From contig WJJJ01000021.1 in the NCBI GenBank assembly GCA_014729775.1, positions 24,788-88,787 of the forward strand: a DNA stretch of 64,000 nt, written 5' to 3'. The stretch's first letter is position 1, and each line of letters opens with the position of its first letter. This DNA is from Candidatus Omnitrophota bacterium. GTDB taxonomy: Bacteria; Omnitrophota; Gorgyraeia; Duberdicusellales; 4484-171. The notes beneath the pieces are model-generated. The model did not search any database. It was not told where the DNA came from and saw nothing but the letters and a program-made list of their open reading frames with translations. Positions 52,401-61,400 of this stretch are shown here, piece by piece. The position numbers and the translations under genes are program-made.

Positions 52401-55400
52401 TAACCCCGCCCCCTTGTTCATGTACTTTATCGCCACCCGGATGGACTCGGTCATAAAAATAGGGGTATCGCTGCGAAAAGATAAGCGCCGCTGTGCTGGA
52501 TCGTATACCCCGCGGTAAAGAAAAGGAACCGAATCCTGCTCTTCCCCGTAATAAGTATTGAGCCGGCCGGAAAGAGCCCAGCATATCATCTGATGATATC
52601 CCGTCTGCAAAGCGTGATATCTGCTGTTCCAAAGCGGACGTATCTGATTGAGCTCCTGATAATCAGCACCCATAGTGGAAAGCACCTGCGCTATCTCTCC
52701 GGCATCACGGTTCCAGCGGTAAAAATATTGCATTACATAATTGAGCACTGCCGCGGTATTCGTATATTCTAAGCGGCTTATCAATCCGAATATCTCTAAC
52801 CGGCTCACCTCCCGCTGGAACGAGATTCCCAGCTGTTTTTCCCGCCCCCGGGACCACCGGCCGAATGCGTCTTCCTCTCCGGTTTGACCCTGGACGGCAG
52901 GCGAGCTGGACTGAAGTCTTTTTTTCTCGCTTGTAACCAGCTGCCTCCAGTACCTCGCCGGCGGCGCATGCTCAAAAAACCATGCCTCGGTAAGCACCCC
53001 GGGCTTCATCGGAAGTCCGGGACAATACCACACCTTGTCGCGCCGGCTCCAGCGGCTCTCCTGCCGCGGATTCTTGTAGATCACTTCTTCGCCGCCCTGC
53101 GCGATGCGGAATAAATGCGCTTTATGAAAACTGGTATGCAATCCTTCTCCCGCACTGCCCCCAATACCGATATTGACAAACGGCCGCAGCGCTTCTTCGA
53201 TAGAATAACGGTTGTCCGAAATATTCTTAAATCCCCCGCCGTTATCGAACGAAACAATGATCATCCGTCTATTCTCCTCTGAAACCGGCTCGACGAAACT
53301 CAAGTAAATCCCGTATTCGTTTACATGCTGATACAAATTCTCCAGGTTGCATTGGACAAAGCCTTGCGCGGTATCCCACGCCCCGAGTACCGAAGCGACA
53401 CCGCCATAGGTATCGTCGTCTTCGTAGCGAAACACCGCGTCGAACACATCCCTGCCCGCCCGGGAAGAGCCCAGTTTCATTCCTCGTTTCGAATAGACGA
53501 AGACCGATCTCCATCCTATCTCACGCAAACCGCGCATCGCCTTCTTGTAGGCGCGGATATTTACTTCAGGCGCGCCGGGCATAAATTGATGCGCGGCATC
53601 AAGCAGATTTCTGGACTGCGCATGGACAGCTCCTAACGGGCTGGACACCTGACTCACCCAGTACGAACCCCGGGCGGATCCGTGACCGGCAAGGTGTCCG
53701 TTATTGTCAGAAGCATACGAGCAACAGACATGGGGAAAAACTTCAAGTGCGAAGTGGTCCTTGAGCATACATATTGCCCCGCCCACGCACCCGGCTTTAT
53801 CGGACCACTCGGGTATAACCCGGCCGGAATCGCCAAACCCGGCCGTTTCTCCTCCTATGGAAACCGACCGTATTCCTAAATCTCTGAAGCCATCTATAAC
53901 CGGCTGCCAAAATTTTCGGCACTCCGCGAGTCCTCGAGACGGAAAGCGCTGCCGCTTCACCGCCGGAAGCGGAACGTCTTCGAAGGAATCAATATCCACA
54001 ATGACCGCCCGGGTTTTTATTCCGGACACTGCCGCGTAACTGCCCCCCAGCACAAACAGGACTCCAAAAGATTCCTCAAGCGCGTGAATCGTGTTCTCCA
54101 CGTATTTTTCCGCATGCGCGACTGCCGGACGATATTTCCACCGGCCGGATTTACGATCTAAATGCCACCGCCCTGCGTACCATCCCAATATATGCACGTA
54201 GAGAGAAACCCTTCCCCCCGCCTGCCTGATCAGCGACTCGAGTTTTTGCCGATGCGCACCGGTAGCGGCGTACCAGGGAACTCCCCGTTTCGAAAGAACC
54301 TCTTTTTTATCCGGATCCGGGAACGAATATCCTCCGCCGATCAAAGAATAATCCATTCCCGCCGGGCTTGATCCCGTGAAATCATCGACACGGGTAGTTT
54401 CCGTGATAAGTTCATCCAACAGGGCTCGGTCGTTCCCTTCCCTCTGCATCTCATCTGCCGCGCGCGATTGATAGTACGCAAATAACGACATCATCTTCCG
54501 CGCCGTATGGTACCCGGGAGAATCACTTCCTCCGGCGCTTTTGCGGACAGTGACCATATAATCTTCGAGTAAAATGCGGAACATAATACACAATGAAAAT
54601 ATGTCATCCGCCAACAGACAGAGACGGGAAGTCGCGGTAAAATCGTCCCCGCAGCGGGAAATCCTGTCTCCGCTGGTGAACAAGCGCTTGTAGAGACGGC
54701 GCCTCGCGCGGGCGACCGGATCTTGTGCACCAATCTTCGTCGTTGTATCATTATCAAAATACACGATCCGGGAATCTCCGGCTCCTCTTCCCTCACACAC
54801 GGACACGTCAAAAAATGAAATATCGCCCTGAATATACCCGTTTTGTGCATAAAGCGCACGATAGGAGGAAAACACGTCCAGAACGATCAACCCAATATTT
54901 TTCGCCGCGGCAATCCCGGAACCCAGCGGGTGAATCGAACGGGTGAAATAATCGACCAGCAATTCTCCATTTAATAATTCGAACACAAGCCCTGTACCAA
55001 ACCGGTCCGCGGACGAAAACTTCACCCGGCCGAAGTACCGGGGAAGGTGGTGCAATGAATCGTTGGCCGGATTAAGCTCAGAAAATATATTCTCCTGGGG
55101 CAAAAGCAGAGAATCCTGAACCGTTTTGCGCACGTCTGCTTCCACCTGCGGATCGGGAAGCTTACACACATAATGAGCCCCGGGGACTAATACTCCGTCC
55201 GCCGCTCCTTGGTATTTTGCTCTTACCACCGCTTTCCCATTTATTCGGCGAAATGTATCCTCCACCGCGAAATCCCGTTCTAACGTATAGAGACGAACCG
55301 GGCTGGAACCGCCGCTCCTCATCTCTTCTCTCAGCCGAGTGAATGCGGATACATGATCCAGATAGTTCTGGGTGTTGCTTTGGCCTTCACGGACCTTCGC

Positions 55401-58400
55401 GCGGAAAAAATCACCAAACGTACGGTATCCCGCCATACCGGCCAAGCCGTCAACGATCTCCATAAAAGGTATTATTCTGAAATACCCCTCCATCTCGTCG
55501 AACACCGCACAGAGCTCCCGGGCATACGTAAGAGACACATCGAGCACCCGGCCGGCATCCCTGCCCCGGTATTCCAGGCTGAATCCTGATTCCACCTTGT
55601 ATTTTCTAAGAACATCCACAACGCGGTTCACCAACGCTTCAACGCTTCGAAAATGATGATTTTCAGCCAGGAACGGATACTCCTGCTTTTTAAGATCAAC
55701 CTGCAGCGGTAAGCTGTTTATTGCCTGGAGACCGTCGGAAAAGAAATGGATCGTGAGCGCAAAAAACGCCGTCCACAGTAATGATTCACTCCGCGTTCCC
55801 CGGGTAAGCAGCTGCGGAGCGTGCGCGATAATTTCTTCTTTCTGGAATTGATCAAAAATCCCGGGGGCACCGACCGCACCCGTTTCGTCAAACAAGTTAT
55901 CCGCGATTTGTGTGATTTCATCGTGAACGGGAGAAGATACTGAAAGATCTTGGGAACTGCGCTTGACCTCCTGCAGATCACGAATTACCGCTCCCATATC
56001 CGGATACCGTTGTTGGCGCGGTTGAAGACAGCGCAAGGCAATAGCGTACGCCGCGCCAAAATTCTCGTCCGCGAGCTGCTCCTGCCGCTGCAGGGCGGCC
56101 CGGATCCGCAGCAAGGCGGCAACCGCGTTGTCCCGCATCATATATTCCAATATCTCCCGCGGCTCCAGAATGACGGCCAGCACCATCCCGAAACTGTACA
56201 CATCCCACTGCTCCGTAAACAGCCGGGTTGAAGCTTCTAACGCGCCGGTGCGTTTCGCTTCACGACGACCGAAGGCCCAAGGTTCATAGCTCTCGCAATA
56301 AATATCGGTATGGATGGTGCGCACGATTTCCGGAATGCGGCCGGAATTTTCCACCCAGTCGTAACGCAGCGGTACCGCGCTGTCCTGATCCACAAGGCAC
56401 ACCGTTTCCCGCAAATTTTCATCAAGCCGCATCCGGATATTTGTCGGTTTTAATTCCTTCACCAGAAGCCCCCGGCGGTGACACTTTTCTACCGCATCCG
56501 CGACCGCCAGCGCGAGCCGCAATTTATGCCTCTCATCACGAGCCAATTGAGGCACCCATCTTTCCATCGCCAGCAAATCGCCCAAATTCACGGAAGGAAC
56601 AAAATCCATGATCAGATACGGGAATTCCCTCCGCCAAAAACGGGGCGCGAGAATTTGTCCTCCTTTTAACTTACACCATCCCTTCCCGTAATAATGCGGG
56701 ATCACGCTCTCTTCGGTCAGAGTTTCGTAATGCCGGGACAGCCATATCACGTAATTAATAATCCGTCTGCGTTCTCTCAAAGAAAGCACATCATTCCGCG
56801 GTCCGTTACAATACACTTTCACCGCGTAGGGCCCATGCGCTTTATCTTTCGCGCTGACTTTATATACACGGGCGTAACTCCCTGCACCTACTATTTCCTG
56901 GGTACGCTGATCAAGGTCGTTCATTGTAACTCGCGGGCTGCCCGCATTATCTGATACGGGAGAGGACCCGCTCAGACGTCCAAGGCGCCGGACCGTATTA
57001 TCAAATATATGACCGATATGTAGGGTGAGCCCGGGGATCTTTAGTTCTTCCTGCACTTTTTCAACCGCCCGTTGTTTGGCTGTTTGCACCGCATGGGGAT
57101 CAAGCCTCTGTATCACAAACGCCTCTTTCAAATACCCGGGCACGATGGTCCTGAGAGTAAATAACTGTTCTATCTCAAGCTGACGCAGCGTCCTTTCATT
57201 CTGTATCTCCTCTTCCCATATCACACCTAACGGAAAATCAGATAATAGAGACACCACCACCGACCGCACACCGCCGTAAGCCCCAAACATCTTGATTGCG
57301 CCCTCTCTGTGAGAATCCCATTGCGCGTATTCCTCCAATACGCCTGCCGTATCTGCATGTATCACCGCTCGGATGCCGGCAGCATCTGTCCTGTACCGAG
57401 GGCTCATCACGATCGCCCCCCTTACTCGCGGGGTCTCTTGTAACACCGCATCAATAAAGCGTTCCAGAACACCTGAATCATCTTCGGTCAGCAATGACGG
57501 GATATCTTTCCTTGAAAAAACGCGCGGCCGGGCGTACTGAACCGTCTCCTTTCCGGACATCAGCGCGCTTTTCTTTTTGGAAAAAAACAGTGCGCGGATA
57601 TGCAAAGGTGCCGCGTACGCGCTGCTCATGTGGCCGCGCTCATGAAGTAATGTATCCAACCGCGGGTAATGACCTATGCCGCGAATGACAATCACGTAAT
57701 CTCCGGGATACGCACCAAGATAGGTATCAATGTCGTCCGCCAACGCTTCGTCTCTCAATCGAAGCGCATCCTGGTTTTGCCATCCGGAAAGGTGCCGTTT
57801 CCAAAAATTCACCGCTTCCATATCATCTAAATCGATTTCTCTTTCTTTAAGAAGCGTCAGCAGATTGCGCAGCTGACCCAACGTAAGCGCCAGATCCGGA
57901 GCTTCCTCCTCGATACGGATAGTACGCCCGCGTGAGATCTGTGCCCACAGATACCGGTTACGGGCAAGCGCGTAAGGAGTAAACGAGTATACCGGTTCTT
58001 CGCGGGGCCGTTCTTCGGCGTTGAGCACCTCACGCAGACCCTGCAGATGATTTGAGGTCTCCCGGTCGATGACCGCCATAATGTTTCGGGCAACCTGCTC
58101 ATCTACGGTATCTTGTCGATCCAGTTGGCGCAGGGCTTCTCTGAATAGTGCGGCGTCAAGCTTCTCTACATAGGTATATCCCCATTCAAGGAAAAACGCC
58201 ACCCGCCGTTTTTCTCGTTCCGCACGCGCAAGTACCGTTTCGGCCGCGGAGACCCTGAGGTCAAAGTCAAATCCCTGGGCATGATACCCGTAAAGAGAAA
58301 ACACCCGTGTCTGTCCGGTGATCGAACTTCTAAACCGTGCAAGCATCGGGTCGGCGGCCGGTCCATTGTGTGAAAGCACCGCATCTTCGCCGAATACATC

Positions 58401-61400
58401 CGCGGGAAAGAATCCGCTCATCATCCCGCTCAACATCAAAGATACGAATACTCGCCTGTCCGTTGACACCGCTGAAGATGCCCGGAAAGGAAAATATGGC
58501 CGCGGTTTGGTATATACCGGCTGCAGCAGGCGAGACGGCCCCACCAGCCACGGAGAGGTAACCGCACTCAGTCCGTGCTGCAACCGGTGAAAATATTCTA
58601 ATAAAGGCGAGCTGCTTTGCGGAGCATCGCCATCGCGTAAATTTTTTATTTCTTGCCGTAACGCTCTTAATTCGTCGGCGATATCATCAAAGACCTCTTC
58701 CGCCTGACGCTCACCGCTGTCCAGCGCGATGAACAATTCTTCTAGCGCATCTATACGACCCTGCAGGAAACTCGCGCTTCTTTCCGGAATACGCGGCGAC
58801 ACCGCGGACCGGGTGTGTATCTCATTTTCCCGTTGCGCTAACTGAGCGGAGAGGCCGGCGAGCCGGACTCCCTCAGCCTTGATATCCCGGGCGCGTTCTT
58901 CGAGTTTTCTCTGTTCAGCGGCAAGCGTCCGCTCGCGCAAAGATAATACGTCTTCCTGCCGCTTACGCCCCGCCGCCCAGTCGGCGCGCGTCTGTTCAAT
59001 CTGTCTCTTACGCGCGTCCAATGCCGCCTGTTGTTCAGCCAGGACACGGCGGTCTGAATCAATCCTGCCGCGCTCTTCTTGAATCCACTCACCTGCCTGT
59101 TCCTGTTCGTCCTCAAACCGCCCCCGGGCGGTCTCCAGCCTTGCCTTTTGACGCTGAAGTATCCGTTCCCAGCGTGATAGTCTTATTTCCTTGCTTTCCG
59201 CTTCCTGTTTCCTCCCGGCTAATTTTTGTTCCCGGACGGCTACGGCACGTTCTTTCTCATCGAGTTTTCGCTGTTGACGCGTGAAACGCTGTTCCCATTC
59301 TCTCAGAGATGCGTCCTTTTCCTCCTGTTCCTGCCGCGCCTGTAGTTTCTGCTCATCCAATCGTTCCTGTTCCTGGGCGATATTTCGCCGCTGCTGCGCG
59401 CACTGTTCTTGGATCTTCTTCAGCTCGGCACGGGCTCTGTCGATCTTTTCCCGCAGCCGGACAAGTTCACGTTCAGCCTCATCGGCCTCTCTTACACGCT
59501 CACCCATCTCCCGACGCTGACGTTCAAGGATCTGCTGTTGCCGCGCGAGGTCCGCTTCCCGCCGCGTGAGCTCTTCTTCCCGCACAGCGATCTGTTCCCG
59601 GGCTTCATCGACGGACTGTTGCTGGTATTTGGTCAGTGCGCACTGCGCACGCATCCAGAACATTCGCAGACGAACTACGCCTTTTTGGAATACCGGTTTT
59701 ACCCGGGAGGGCCGCTGCCGCGCCCGCAGTGCAGCCCGACGTTGTTTTTTCTTCTCTTTTCTGTTCCGTTTTCGCGCCGCTCGCCTCTGCTCCCGTAACC
59801 CGCCCCTCTGCCGCAGAGACGGCGCATCATTACTTTCTTCTTCGGTATCCGGTACGATCTCGGCACGCCGGTTCCAAAACAGCCCGTATGAGAGAATGAT
59901 GACCGCTGCCGAAGCAAACACCCGCAGGACGATGGAATACCCGGCCTCATCATAAGCCGGATTGATCCCTACATAATACGTAATGAACACCACCGCCGAT
60001 CCGGCCAACGCGGCGATCCAAAAAGGATGAGGCCATCCGGGAGCATGCACGGAGGGAACTTCATCCCGGTTGCCTTTCTCCCCGGATCTGCGCGGACGGG
60101 CCGGGGAAGATACCGGCATGCCCGACATATCAGGACCCGCTTCATTCCTCCCGCTCGGCCCGGAGATTGCCGCCGACGACGAAGATTGTGCCGTCAGTAA
60201 ATGCCGGTAGTCATCCAATTCCGAAAAGGGAAGCACTCCCGGGATTTCCTCAACCGGTGTCATCGCGCAATCCATCCACCCCATCATAAGGCTCAGGTAG
60301 CGGAGAGAAATATCCCGAGAAAGAAGGGTGTAGTGTTCTTTTTTCAATCCCAGTAAAAGCAGCGTTTCATACGGTTTTTTCTTGTGGGGGAACACAAAGA
60401 AATCACGCTCGACGACAGGGCGGGCGGCATTGGTGAGATTGTAGCGGCGCTCATGGGCAGAAACATCAACTATTTCAACCCCTTGTTCCTCAAGAAACCG
60501 CCTGTATTCGGCATTTTTTTGCGCTTCGAGCTCTCCCCGGTAGAGAGGATCGGAGAGAATCGCCGGCTTCATATTCTGCCGGACATGAGCCGGCACGTAC
60601 AGCAGCACTCCATCGATATGCCCGTTTTCGACAAGGAATTCATACGGGTACGAGTCCCCTTCAAAAGAAACGGGCACCTGCGCGCTTATCCAGCCCGCGG
60701 GGAACCGGTATGTCTCAAGACGCTCATATCCTTCTTTGGTTCTCAAATAAGAACGCAGCTGATTCACCGCTTCCGCTGATACTGAATCGGAAAAAATGAC
60801 AAACGGCGTCAGCCCTACCCCTGAAACGGCTGCGCCTTCCGCAATGAGATCTTCTTCAGGGGACGAATCCTGCGCGCCGGAACGGAACCGGGACACTCCC
60901 GTAAGATAACGGTACGGACGTTGCGGAATGAGCGGAAGCCATAACCGGGAATCTTTAAACCATACAGTCCGGTCTTCCCACGGCAGATGTAATGAGAAAA
61001 CGTGACGGGGATGTCCGCTCACCGAGAGACGGGAAACAAAACGTGAAACACCGTCCAGTTCACTGTTAATGTCCCTTGCGCCTAAATCAAGGAAACTTCC
61101 CGAAAAATCGACCGCTTTTGAAGCGAGTTTACCCGGCACAAAGTGCTTCTGCCCGGAGCCGGAAAAATACTCAAGAACTCCTTCTGTGCGCCACCGGCCG
61201 CTTTCCTCCCCCATTATCCGCGAGGCGCGCCGGGTACCCGCAGGAGTCTGGAGTTCGCGCACAAACTCGGCGACCCCGCGCATCTGCTGTGCCAGATATA
61301 TTTCCCGCTCTCCTAATCCCGCGAGGATCTCTTCGTCAGAAGGAGCCGCCCTGCCCTGATGACGACGCACCTGCGCCCTTGCGAACGCATCCTCCGCTTC

